Part shown: in pieces, positions 30,681 to 39,417 of the stretch
How positions within the stretch are numbered: the first letter of the stretch is position 1
How the letters are laid out: every line of letters starts with the position of its first letter
Origin: a virus
IMG/VR virus record: IMGVR_UViG_3300009183_006007
Span: 1-64,000 of that record
Reading direction: 5' to 3' (one strand)
Length of the DNA stretch: 64,000 nucleotides
Program-made: the position numbers and the translations under genes
The notes under the pieces: model-generated
Seen by the model: the letters and a program-made list of their open reading frames with translations, nothing else
Told to the model about the DNA's origin: nothing
Databases searched by the model: none

Positions 30681-30872
30681 TTAAATAAGTTTGTTTAATT
30701 GTGATTCTCTATGACATTCTTTACAAACTCTTACATTCATGAACCCATTTATCCCAAGTACGGTTCTTGGGACTTGTATAATACTGGATTCTTTTGTTGG
30801 TGTTTCATTCTTACATAAATGACAATCAACCACCATTATCCATTCTTCCATTGGATTTAACCGACGGTTCAT
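30681..30872 (-). CDS. Small Zn-finger protein with C-terminal tag
   Basis: CHLC...CKEC; ends HRESQLNKLI. Confidence 0.65.
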   Translation of the reverse strand: MNRRLNPMEEWIMVVDCHLCKNETPTKESSIIQVPRTVLGINGFMNVRVCKECHRESQLNKLI

Positions 30873-31273
30873 ACAAGTTCATTTAATAAGATGTTTCTTA
30901 ATTCAGATTTATCTAATTCAGTTTCTTCAAATACAGAAATATCAAATACAACTTTTACATCATCGTTTCTAAACTTAGAAGATATAGTAGCTCTATTTAG
31001 ATATGTTTCCATTTCCCAGAATTCACTGGTCTCAACCACTAACCTATCTCTATCTCTAGACATTTCACCTTTTTGTAGCAATAGTTTGAACCTAAAAATA
31101 TCGTTTAGTGTATTGTTAGTATCATCAAGTTTTATATCTAAGAGAATTATATCATATAGTGATCGAGGAATTGTAACCGTTAACTTAACTGGTTCCATAC
31201 TATACCACATATCTCCTTTGATTTGAGTTTTCCACTTACACGGAAAACCTTTACCATTGTAAAAAAACTTCAT
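30869..31273 (-). CDS. Hypothetical protein with C-terminal tag
   Basis: Ends LRNILLNELV. Confidence 0.65.
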   Translation of the reverse strand: MKFFYNGKGFPCKWKTQIKGDMWYSMEPVKLTVTIPRSLYDIILLDIKLDDTNNTLNDIFRFKLLLQKGEMSRDRDRLVVETSEFWEMETYLNRATISSKFRNDDVKVVFDISVFEETELDKSELRNILLNELV

Positions 31274-31545
31274 TAGTAAGTATCTTTATTTGAGAATGTG
31301 ATAATAACATTCTTTGGACTTCCAATTTTCATCAAACCTTCTTTGATATTTGGAATATCATTAGGAACATCATCAATTTTTCCCCTGAAAACTACTTTAT
31401 CAATTAAGTGATAATTAGTTAAAAACCAGGAGTTATAAGACATCATGTCATCCTGATGTAACATTAGGATTCCGTTATCTGATTGTAGTTGTGTTTTGTT
31501 TTTAAAAATGCCCAACTCACGCATTTTTTTAATTTGAATTTCCAT
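31273..31545 (-). CDS. Hypothetical protein
   Basis: TATATTTG at 31562-31569 upstream. Confidence 0.6.
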   Translation of the reverse strand: MEIQIKKMRELGIFKNKTQLQSDNGILMLHQDDMMSYNSWFLTNYHLIDKVVFRGKIDDVPNDIPNIKEGLMKIGSPKNVIITFSNKDTY

Positions 31546-31645
31546 ATTTTTAATATATAAACAAATATATGAAGTTTAATTAAATAATCCAAAAACTAAA
31601 CAAACTTAATTTATTTACTATAAAAATAACAAACTAATTTAAAAT

Positions 31646-32602
31646 ATGGAACATATATTACAAGAAAACAAAGACCGTTTTGTAATGTTTCCCTTAAAAT
31701 ATCACGATATTTGGGAAATGTATAAAACTCAACAACATTCATTTTGGACTGCAGAAGAAATTGACTTAGCTCAAGATTTAACTGATTGGAATGAAAAATT
31801 AAATGAGAATGAACAACATTTTATTAAAATGGTTCTGGCTTTCTTTGCGGCATCTGATGGTATCGTAAATGAAAATTTGGCTGAGAACTTTTTGAAAGAG
31901 GTTCAGTATCCAGAGGCTAAATCATTTTATGGATTCCAAATTGCTATGGAGAATATTCATTCTGAAACATATTCTTTATTAATTGATACTTATATCAAAG
32001 ATTCGGAAGAAAAAGATAGATTGTTTCACGCAATTGATAACTTTCCTTCTATTAAAGAAAAAGCTGATTGGGCTTTGAAATGGATTGAATCTGATTCACT
32101 TGATGAGAGATTAATTGCTTTTGCAGCAGTTGAAGGCATCTTCTTCTCAGGTTCATTCTGTTCTATCTTTTGGTTAAAGAAAAGAGGTTTAATGCCTGGT
32201 CTAGCATTTTCTAATGAGTTAATCTCTAGAGATGAGGCTTTACATTGTCAGTTTGCTTGTTTATTACATAATAGATATATTAAAGATAAAGTATCAGAGG
32301 AAAGAATCAAAGAAATCATCTGTTCAGCAGTTGATATTGAAAGATTATTTATTACAGAATCTTTACCGGTTTCTTTAATTGGAATGAATGGTAAATTAAT
32401 GGAACAATACATTGAGTTTACTGCAGACTTTTGGTTACAAGCATTAGGATGTTCAAAAGTTTACAATGTAGAAAATCCTTTCGACTTTATGGATATGATT
32501 TCATTACAAGGTAAAACTAACTTCTTTGAAAAAAGAGTTGCTGAGTATCAAAAAGTATCAGACAAAGCAATTGACTTTGACAAATTAGATGATGATTTTT
32601 AA
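31646..32602 (+). CDS. nrdB: Ribonucleotide reductase class Ia beta subunit
   Basis: [46 protein letters not shown]. Confidence 0.96.
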   Translation: MEHILQENKDRFVMFPLKYHDIWEMYKTQQHSFWTAEEIDLAQDLTDWNEKLNENEQHFIKMVLAFFAASDGIVNENLAENFLKEVQYPEAKSFYGFQIAMENIHSETYSLLIDTYIKDSEEKDRLFHAIDNFPSIKEKADWALKWIESDSLDERLIAFAAVEGIFFSGSFCSIFWLKKRGLMPGLAFSNELISRDEALHCQFACLLHNRYIKDKVSEERIKEIICSAVDIERLFITESLPVSLIGMNGKLMEQYIEFTADFWLQALGCSKVYNVENPFDFMDMISLQGKTNFFEKRVAEYQKVSDKAIDFDKLDDDF

Positions 32603-32622
32603 TTAAATTATCTTAAAAAATT

Positions 32623-32651
32623 AAACCCACTTCAAAAGAGTGGGTTTTTTT
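32623..32651 (+). terminator. Intrinsic terminator
   Basis: AAACCCACT...AGTGGGTTT followed by a T tract. Confidence 0.8.
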
Positions 32652-32655
32652 ATTT

Positions 32656-32663
32656 AATATATA
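32656..32663 (+). promoter_or_regulatory. Putative late promoter AATATATA
   Basis: Heads the 32668-34840 tagged-gene run. Confidence 0.65.
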
Positions 32664-32667
32664 TGTT

Positions 32668-33186
32668 ATGAAAATTATTAGGACACGATTGAAACCTTTT
32701 GGAGGGTCAGCTGAATTCATTTCTATGAAAGGAAAGATTAAATCCATCATTGAAAAAAACAAAGGAGATGTATTTCATTTTGTAATGGAAGATAGTGGTG
32801 TTAAAACCGTAAAAGAATTTGGACCGGAAAATATTAATCCAGAATTAGTAGGTCAATCTATTATTATCTGTGATGGACCTTGGATGGCACAATTTAATGA
32901 TGATGGTACAATTGATGTTGTAATTGGGACTAATGAATCATTACCTCGTCAACAATCTGTTGATCAACTTAAAAGAGTTATGAAGATGTCAGCAAAAACT
33001 GATATTGGTAATAGAATATCTGATATGAATAAACAAGGAGCTAATGTTCAATATATTCAGAATCCAATTGATTCAGGAATTGAATCATATGAAGACTTTG
33101 AAAAAAAGAATAAATCATTTGTACCTTCTTGGAATCTTAAACATTTATTAAGTCCATTTTCAGGAGAATCAAAAAAGAAGAAATAG
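32668..33186 (+). CDS. Hypothetical protein
   Basis: Tag-like segments near the C-terminus (IESYEDFE, LKHLL). Confidence 0.65.
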   Translation: MKIIRTRLKPFGGSAEFISMKGKIKSIIEKNKGDVFHFVMEDSGVKTVKEFGPENINPELVGQSIIICDGPWMAQFNDDGTIDVVIGTNESLPRQQSVDQLKRVMKMSAKTDIGNRISDMNKQGANVQYIQNPIDSGIESYEDFEKKNKSFVPSWNLKHLLSPFSGESKKKK

Positions 33187-33207
33187 AAAAAAAGAAATAA
33201 AAAAAAT

Positions 33208-33924
33208 ATGAAACATTTAAAAACTTATAATCAAATGAATGAGGAAATATCCTTTAAAGGATTAGCCCCAATTTTAACATCTTTAATTATGACACTAAGT
33301 TCTTCAGATGTTGCTGCATTTGGTGGTGCATTTGGTGGACATGGTGGATTTGGTGGACATGGATTTGGTAATCCATATGCTAATAGAGGAGGTGGACAAA
33401 TTGGCAACGGAGAAGGAAACGGACAAATTGGTATCGGACAAATTAGTGATCCCGGATACAAAAGACAGGCATCTAGTATAATTCAATCTCAATCAAGAAA
33501 TATAATTAATGATTTGGAAAAGATGAAATCAGTAACTGATGATCCTCAATTACTATCCTTAATTAGCTCAATTAGTGAGTTATCAAATTGGCAATATTCT
33601 GAGGGTGTTGAACCGATTAATTTGGTTCTTGGTAAGTTGAGAGGTTATATTAAATCACATGATGTAAATGATGATGTAATAAATAGCACTTTAGATCATT
33701 TATCAAAGGGTGATATTGATAATATTAAATCTGACTATAACAGATTGTTGACAGAATATGATGATATTATCGGACATGGTACTGGTAATGCTAGATCTGG
33801 AAATGTTAGTGGATTTGTTACTGCTATAGATGTTTTAAATATTATTTTATGCTTGTTATTATCAGTTTTAGTATTAGTTGTGGGTAAAGGATTCTGGGAT
33901 TTATGGAGAACTAAATCCTATTAA
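33208..33924 (+). CDS. Gly-rich membrane protein with N-terminal tag
   Basis: MKHLKTYNQMNEE; hydrophobic segments at both ends. Confidence 0.7.
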   Translation: MKHLKTYNQMNEEISFKGLAPILTSLIMTLSSSDVAAFGGAFGGHGGFGGHGFGNPYANRGGGQIGNGEGNGQIGIGQISDPGYKRQASSIIQSQSRNIINDLEKMKSVTDDPQLLSLISSISELSNWQYSEGVEPINLVLGKLRGYIKSHDVNDDVINSTLDHLSKGDIDNIKSDYNRLLTEYDDIIGHGTGNARSGNVSGFVTAIDVLNIILCLLLSVLVLVVGKGFWDLWRTKSY

Positions 33925-33937
33925 AAAATAAATAATT

Positions 33938-34546
33938 ATGAAATACTTAAAAAGATTTAACGAAAGTAATAGTACACCATTTAGAAGTAAACTTCTTTAT
34001 AAAGATTCTAATATTGGTAAATATGAACTATATGTTGATGGTTCTACTGGATGGGGAATAATATTCCCTAATGGTTATATGGAAATTGAAGAGGGTCCAC
34101 ACGAGTCTGTTGGTTTTATGAATGGTGAAATAAATGGAGTTAGTATAGGAGCAAGAGGAAATGATGTACCTAGAATACCTGGAAAATATTGGGAAGGTAA
34201 TATGTCAAGTGATGAATTGTCAAGATTTTTTGATAGGGTTATTAGCAAATACAATAATATCACTGAATCATCTGATGATTATAAAGATTTAAGTATGTAT
34301 AATCCATACTATAGTGATAAAGATGAAAGTGATAAAGATAATCTATTGAAATGGTATATGAAAGGATTTAATGATGAGTTAAGAGGAACAACCACAATTG
34401 AATCAGACAATAAAATAGATATGGTTGCTTATAACTTAGGAGCACAACACGCCATAATTGGTGATGATGTTTCTAGTATTGATAATCTATCTGATGAAGA
34501 AATAATATCTATGATTGAAGATATTTATAATAAAAATCAAAAATAA
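33938..34546 (+). CDS. Hypothetical protein with N-terminal tag
   Basis: MKYLKRFNES; internal ISKYNNITES. Confidence 0.7.
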   Translation: MKYLKRFNESNSTPFRSKLLYKDSNIGKYELYVDGSTGWGIIFPNGYMEIEEGPHESVGFMNGEINGVSIGARGNDVPRIPGKYWEGNMSSDELSRFFDRVISKYNNITESSDDYKDLSMYNPYYSDKDESDKDNLLKWYMKGFNDELRGTTTIESDNKIDMVAYNLGAQHAIIGDDVSSIDNLSDEEIISMIEDIYNKNQK

Positions 34547-34549
34547 GAT

Positions 34550-34840
34550 ATGAAATATTTAAAAACATTTGAATCATATGATAATGATATCGCTACTCAG
34601 ATAGCTGAAGACCTTTTACCAAAACTTCAAAAGCTTAGACAAGAGAAAGGTAAGTTTACCGTAGGCATGTTTGATAACTATATGGAAGAAAGAGGTGGTA
34701 ATATGAAACTAACTGATGAAATTATGAGTATACTTGTAAGTATGGGATTTGATTTTGATCCATATGATGATGAAGATGATAATGAATATGGTGATGATGA
34801 TTTAGATGATCATCCACTTTTTTCATATAATAAGAATTAA
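34550..34840 (+). CDS. Acidic hypothetical protein with N-terminal tag
   Basis: MKYLKTFES. Confidence 0.7.
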   Translation: MKYLKTFESYDNDIATQIAEDLLPKLQKLRQEKGKFTVGMFDNYMEERGGNMKLTDEIMSILVSMGFDFDPYDDEDDNEYGDDDLDDHPLFSYNKN

Positions 34841-34870
34841 AAAAGAGAGACCAATTGGTCTCTCTTTTTT
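34839..34870. terminator. Bidirectional terminator
   Basis: AAAAAAGAGAGACC-AATT-GGTCTCTCTTTTTT. Confidence 0.85.
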
Positions 34871-35042
34871 ATTTTAATACCATATACTTAACACCGTCAA
34901 CAATCTTCACTTTATACTTTCCAGTATCTTCTGATTTGACTTTCTTCTCAGCTCTTTTGGTAGCCTTAGTTCCTTTGGTGCTTTTATCTACTTCACCAAA
35001 TTTATTCTTTAATACCTCTCTCATTGAAAATCTCTCAGTCAT
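34869..35042 (-). CDS. Unlisted 57-aa basic protein
   Basis: Own translation MTERFSMREVLKNKFGEVDKSTKGTKATKRAEKKVKSEDTGKYKVKIVDGVKYMVLK; TATATTTG at 35067-74; terminator after it. Confidence 0.65.
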   Translation of the reverse strand: MTERFSMREVLKNKFGEVDKSTKGTKATKRAEKKVKSEDTGKYKVKIVDGVKYMVLK

Positions 35043-35066
35043 ATTTTTTAGTTTTTGTTTGTCTTA

Positions 35067-35108
35067 CAAATATAAGGAATCTTTTTGAATAACAATATTA
35101 AATATATA
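35067..35108. promoter_or_regulatory. Back-to-back TATATTTG (minus) and AATATATA (plus)
   Basis: 35067-74 and 35101-08. Confidence 0.6.
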
Positions 35109-35112
35109 CAAT

Positions 35113-35553
35113 ATGAAATATCTTAAAGGATTTAACGAATCAATGGAAGAACAAATCTATAAACAAGTTCTTGATTCTATAAAAGATTGTTTTCAAGAGT
35201 TTGAGGATAATGGTTGGTATTGGATAGCGGATTCTTATTCAGGTACTTATCCAGGTATATCTATTTGGCAAAATCCAAACTTTAATTGTAGAATGATGAA
35301 TAAAGAAGAATCTGATCCAAGAAACTGGACTCTAAATAAAAATCCTTACGAAAAAAACATTGATATTACTGGTGAAATTAAATCAGATGGTTCTATTAAT
35401 TGGGAAATGAATGAAGACGAAACAGATAGTGAAGATGGTAAAGATTTTTTAGTTGCTGTAAAAAGATTACATGATGAAACTGGACTTGATTTCAATTTCT
35501 CATATAATAATAGAGGTGGTGAAAGAAGAATAATAATACAAGGTAGAATATGA
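35113..35553 (+). CDS. Hypothetical protein with N-terminal tag
   Basis: MKYLKGFNES. Confidence 0.7.
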   Translation: MKYLKGFNESMEEQIYKQVLDSIKDCFQEFEDNGWYWIADSYSGTYPGISIWQNPNFNCRMMNKEESDPRNWTLNKNPYEKNIDITGEIKSDGSINWEMNEDETDSEDGKDFLVAVKRLHDETGLDFNFSYNNRGGERRIIIQGRI

Positions 35554-35948
35554 AAAGACTAAGAAAATTTAATGAGAGTGTATCTCAAATAGATTATGAT
35601 TATGTATATAGTTGTTTTGCTGAACTTATAGATGATAATAAAGCTGAGATAGAATTGATGCAAGGTGAATATGTTAAAGTACCATACATAACTATTAGAT
35701 TAAAAACTATTCCTAAAATAGATCCTAGAACTACTAGTCAAGCAAAACCTATTGAAAATAAAAAGTCCTCTATCTATAATTATATTACAGGACATAATAG
35801 TAATAATGAGTTATTACAAGAATTAGAAGTTAGTATAAATAGATTATCGGAAGAATATCCTGATTATAAATTACAATTTAATGATTGGGGTACTTCCATA
35901 TTTATGGAAATATTTAAAAATACAGAAGAAGAAAAATATCCATTTTAA
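35550..35948 (+). CDS. Hypothetical protein with N-terminal tag
   Basis: MKRLRKFNES. Confidence 0.7.
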   Translation: MKRLRKFNESVSQIDYDYVYSCFAELIDDNKAEIELMQGEYVKVPYITIRLKTIPKIDPRTTSQAKPIENKKSSIYNYITGHNSNNELLQELEVSINRLSEEYPDYKLQFNDWGTSIFMEIFKNTEEEKYPF

Positions 35949-36487
35949 TGAAAATAAAGAATTATATACAATTTATAAAAGAATCATCTGGATATCAATA
36001 CGGATGTGTAATGGTTGAAGTACCAGTAAGTAATTGGAATGAGATAACTAGTTATATCGATCCAGAAGATGTTTATACAGGAGGTGATGATACTCACGGA
36101 ATTCAAGAAAATCCACATGTTACTATATTATATGGTTTACATAAAGAAGTAACATCAGAGATGGTTAAATCAGTATTTGAAGGGTTTACAAAAGACATTA
36201 ATATAGAAGTTAATGGTATTGACATCTTTGAAAATAAAGACTATGATGTTGTCAAGTTTAATGTTAATCCTGATGGTGCTCTTCAAGAACTACATGATAA
36301 ACTTTCTGAGTTTCCTAATTCAAATGATTTTCCGGATTACAAACCACATATAACAATTTCGTATGTTAAAAGTGGAACAGGTAAAAAATATGTTAAACCA
36401 GATTATAAATATGAAGTTAAGAATGTTGATAAGATAACTTATTCAATGGTTGATGGTAATAAAATAAAATTCAAATATACTAAATAA
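35948..36487 (+). CDS. 2H phosphoesterase, T4 gp57B/Acb1-like, with N-terminal tag
   Basis: PHVTILYG and YKPHITISY (two HxT motifs); starts MKIKNYIQFIKES. Confidence 0.78.
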   Translation: MKIKNYIQFIKESSGYQYGCVMVEVPVSNWNEITSYIDPEDVYTGGDDTHGIQENPHVTILYGLHKEVTSEMVKSVFEGFTKDINIEVNGIDIFENKDYDVVKFNVNPDGALQELHDKLSEFPNSNDFPDYKPHITISYVKSGTGKKYVKPDYKYEVKNVDKITYSMVDGNKIKFKYTK

Positions 36488-37743
36488 TGAAACATCTAAC
36501 TCCATATAAAATATTTGAATCGATGTTTAAGTTAGACACTATAGCTAATCAGTTTATTACTGATATGTCTAAAGTTTATAATCTTAGATTTGGAGAATCA
36601 TTTGATAAAAATAAAGCCAATTGTGCTTGGTTTACTGGTGAGTTTTACAAATGGGCAAAATCAAAAGATTTGAATGTTAAAGTAGTTTACTTTGATTCTA
36701 ATATTGAAGCTCATATTGCTCCTATGATAGATGATAAAGTTATAGATTTTGCTATTAAACAATTTACTAAAAATCCTAATGATAATTATTTAATACTTAT
36801 ACCAGAAGACTATAAGAAATATGGATATGATAAGTTTGAAATATATGATGAGATGCCTAAATTAGAAACTATTTTTTCGGCTGATAAAATTCAAGAATCT
36901 AATCAAATGTATTATAGTATCTATGATTGGTTTGAAGATCTAAAAAGATATCAATGGTCAAAAAATCAAAAGTCAATGGTAAATGAATCATCACTAAATA
37001 AATGGTGTGATTATTTTGTTGGTGATGGTTATTGGGGAAAGATTAAAGATTTAGTTGATAAAATATTTATTTCTTTATCTAAAGTTGATACTGAGTATAT
37101 AAATGACAGAATGTATGATGTTTATGATGAGATACCTTCTGGTAAAGAAAAATGGACAATGTGTTGTGTTGCTTATGGTGGTTATGAAAATCATGATAAA
37201 CCAAATAAAGTAAAATACAATGGTGCGATTTATATTAAAAATCCTAAAGACGGTGATAAATTAGATATAATCATACACATTCTAAAAGAAATAGTTAGTC
37301 CAACATTAACAATTGGTTACCCTTCTTATGTAATAAGACAAAGTGATGAACAATTTTATGTTACTGATAAGAAATGGCAATGTAAAAACTTTAACATCGA
37401 TGACTATGGTATACAAGATGGATTTGAATATAAAACAGATGATAGAAGAGGTAAAGGTAATGTATATTCATCCGATATTAAAAATAAAAAAGATTATTCT
37501 ATTGATAAGATATTAGATATGTATAAACCTTGTATCGCTATTAACATAGGAGGATATCAAGATGCACACTCAACTGGTAAAATGAATATGAGAAAATTAG
37601 AGTCCGATATAGATGAAGTTTTACCTTCTATTTTACCAACCTTAGATTATGAAGAAGTTATATTTGATTCTTCAAGAGGTGATAGAAGATTTGATGATGA
37701 TATAGATATTTATGAATACACAATTAAAATATTACTAAAATGA
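36487..37743 (+). CDS. Two-module hypothetical protein with N-terminal tag
   Basis: MKHLTPYKIFES; internal IQES and VNES. Confidence 0.7.
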   Translation: MKHLTPYKIFESMFKLDTIANQFITDMSKVYNLRFGESFDKNKANCAWFTGEFYKWAKSKDLNVKVVYFDSNIEAHIAPMIDDKVIDFAIKQFTKNPNDNYLILIPEDYKKYGYDKFEIYDEMPKLETIFSADKIQESNQMYYSIYDWFEDLKRYQWSKNQKSMVNESSLNKWCDYFVGDGYWGKIKDLVDKIFISLSKVDTEYINDRMYDVYDEIPSGKEKWTMCCVAYGGYENHDKPNKVKYNGAIYIKNPKDGDKLDIIIHILKEIVSPTLTIGYPSYVIRQSDEQFYVTDKKWQCKNFNIDDYGIQDGFEYKTDDRRGKGNVYSSDIKNKKDYSIDKILDMYKPCIAINIGGYQDAHSTGKMNMRKLESDIDEVLPSILPTLDYEEVIFDSSRGDRRFDDDIDIYEYTIKILLK

Positions 37744-38237
37744 AAATAAAAACATTCGAATCTTTTAATGATGAGTTCTCAGGTGAATGGGATGGACCGA
37801 GATGGCAACAACATTTTAAAAGGTTGAAAGAAGATCCTGATTATAAGATTAGATGGATAGAACACCGAGATTCACAAGTTAAGGAATATTGGATGAGTCT
37901 TAAACCATTTGAAAAGGAATCTGATGTGCCTGATTTACCAAATCCATTAAACGACTTTTATAAACAAAGAATTATAGAACTAGGTGGTATTCCTAAATCC
38001 GAGTTAGAAGATGGTCAATGGTATTATGGTAACTTTAGAAATTCAGACTTAGGTAAGTGGGATTCTGAGAAACAAGAATTTGGACATTGGAGATATAAAT
38101 TTGGACACAGATGGGACACTTGTAATCATTTCGAAGATGATAATAGATATGCACTTTTTGTTCCATTAAGAAAAGCTAACAATGAAGAGTTAGAATCAAT
38201 TAAAAAAATAGAAAATGAAGCATCTAAAAACATATAA
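37740..38237 (+). CDS. Hypothetical protein with N-terminal tag
   Basis: MKIKTFESFN. Confidence 0.7.
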   Translation: MKIKTFESFNDEFSGEWDGPRWQQHFKRLKEDPDYKIRWIEHRDSQVKEYWMSLKPFEKESDVPDLPNPLNDFYKQRIIELGGIPKSELEDGQWYYGNFRNSDLGKWDSEKQEFGHWRYKFGHRWDTCNHFEDDNRYALFVPLRKANNEELESIKKIENEASKNI

Positions 38238-38484
38238 AATATTTGAGTGGGTTGAAGTTAGTAATAAACTTGAGAAGAAATTTGAATTTAAGGATTTCTT
38301 ACAAGCTCTTAAATTCATAAATGAACTTTCTAAAATTTGTGAAGAGCAAAATCATCACCCCGAAATAAATTGGATTTATAATAAAGTGAAACTTACTTTA
38401 TCTACACACGATGCTGGTGATATTGTTACAAAAAAAGATTTAAAATTATCAAAGTCAATTGATGAAATACTTAAAAACATATAA
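38215..38484 (+). CDS. Pterin-4a-carbinolamine dehydratase-like protein with N-terminal tag
   Basis: FEFKDF..A, NHHPEI, YNKV..TLSTHDAG; starts MKHLKTYKIFE. Confidence 0.85.
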   Translation: MKHLKTYKIFEWVEVSNKLEKKFEFKDFLQALKFINELSKICEEQNHHPEINWIYNKVKLTLSTHDAGDIVTKKDLKLSKSIDEILKNI

Positions 38485-39172
38485 ACTATTCGAATCAGTT
38501 ATTACTGAATTTGAATTTCCTACAGAATTGGATATTCAAGAACTATTCTATGATCTAACAGATGAAGATACAAACTCTAAATGTAAATTATATTCATCAG
38601 GTTATCAGTTTTTTACAACAGATAATATAACAAGATCTATTAGAAGTCAATTATTCTCCGATATGAGTTTTGAAGAAAACTGGATAAATAAAGAATGTGA
38701 AGATACTCAAGATACTTGGAAAAATATGTTTATTGATTTATCTAAACCTGTATCAAATGATATGATTAAATTGGCTGTTAGAAATTATAATGATGTTTAT
38801 TTTTTAGAGGTTGAAGAATCAAAAAATAGTGCTGGTAAAAGTTATCTTGAAAGATTACAAGAAAATATATTAAATGATATTATTCCGGCTTATCCAATTA
38901 TTTATTTAAATCTAGGTCTTTTTCATCCAGATAAATTACCAGTAGTTGTAGAGTGTTTACAAAGATTATATGAAGTAACTGGGTTTAGACCAACTTCATC
39001 AGTTTGGGCTGAAGATTATGTAGATGAGGAAACAGGAGATCTTGTTACTTTTTATGGAGCTGACTTACAACTTTATAAAGTAAATGATATAGAATATCAG
39101 AATCTATGTAAGATTGTTGGAAGAATAAATCCAAATAATAAAACACAAGAAGTAACTAAACATTTTTTATGA
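38462..39172 (+). CDS. Hypothetical protein with N-terminal tag
   Basis: MKYLKTYKLFES. Confidence 0.7.
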   Translation: MKYLKTYKLFESVITEFEFPTELDIQELFYDLTDEDTNSKCKLYSSGYQFFTTDNITRSIRSQLFSDMSFEENWINKECEDTQDTWKNMFIDLSKPVSNDMIKLAVRNYNDVYFLEVEESKNSAGKSYLERLQENILNDIIPAYPIIYLNLGLFHPDKLPVVVECLQRLYEVTGFRPTSSVWAEDYVDEETGDLVTFYGADLQLYKVNDIEYQNLCKIVGRINPNNKTQEVTKHFL

Positions 39173-39306
39173 CAGACTTAGCAAAAGAAATAATTCAAAC
39201 TAACATTGATGTATGGGGTGAGAACTTTCTTATCGGTGGATTGATAACTATGTTAGTAGTTGGAGTTGTAATTACTCTAGTTCTTATTAAGAGAAATAAG
39301 ATATAA
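39169..39306 (+). CDS. Unlisted 45-aa single-TM protein
   Basis: Own translation MTDLAKEIIQTNIDVWGENFLIGGLITMLVVGVVITLVLIKRNKI; ATGA overlap. Confidence 0.55.
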   Translation: MTDLAKEIIQTNIDVWGENFLIGGLITMLVVGVVITLVLIKRNKI

Positions 39307-39335
39307 ACTATTTTTCAAATAAACAAGAAATCTTA

Positions 39336-39365
39336 AAACTTTTTCACACACAATTAATATAAATA
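39336..39365 (+). promoter_or_regulatory. Putative middle promoter AAACTT-N16-TATAA(ATA)
   Basis: Upstream of the SSB gene. Confidence 0.55.
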
Positions 39366-39417
39366 CTAATCAGATACACAAAGTATTTGATATAAACAAA
39401 AAAAATATAAAGCAATT

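Noticed and set aside
34855-35088. Listed plus-strand 77-aa ORF
   Set aside because: Antisense shadow of the minus-strand gene 34869-35042, which has its own promoter and terminator
39358-39365. Exact T4 late promoter TATAAATA before the SSB gene
   Set aside because: Better explained as the TATAA box of the AAACTT class; TATAAATA is not the recurrent motif before structural genes here
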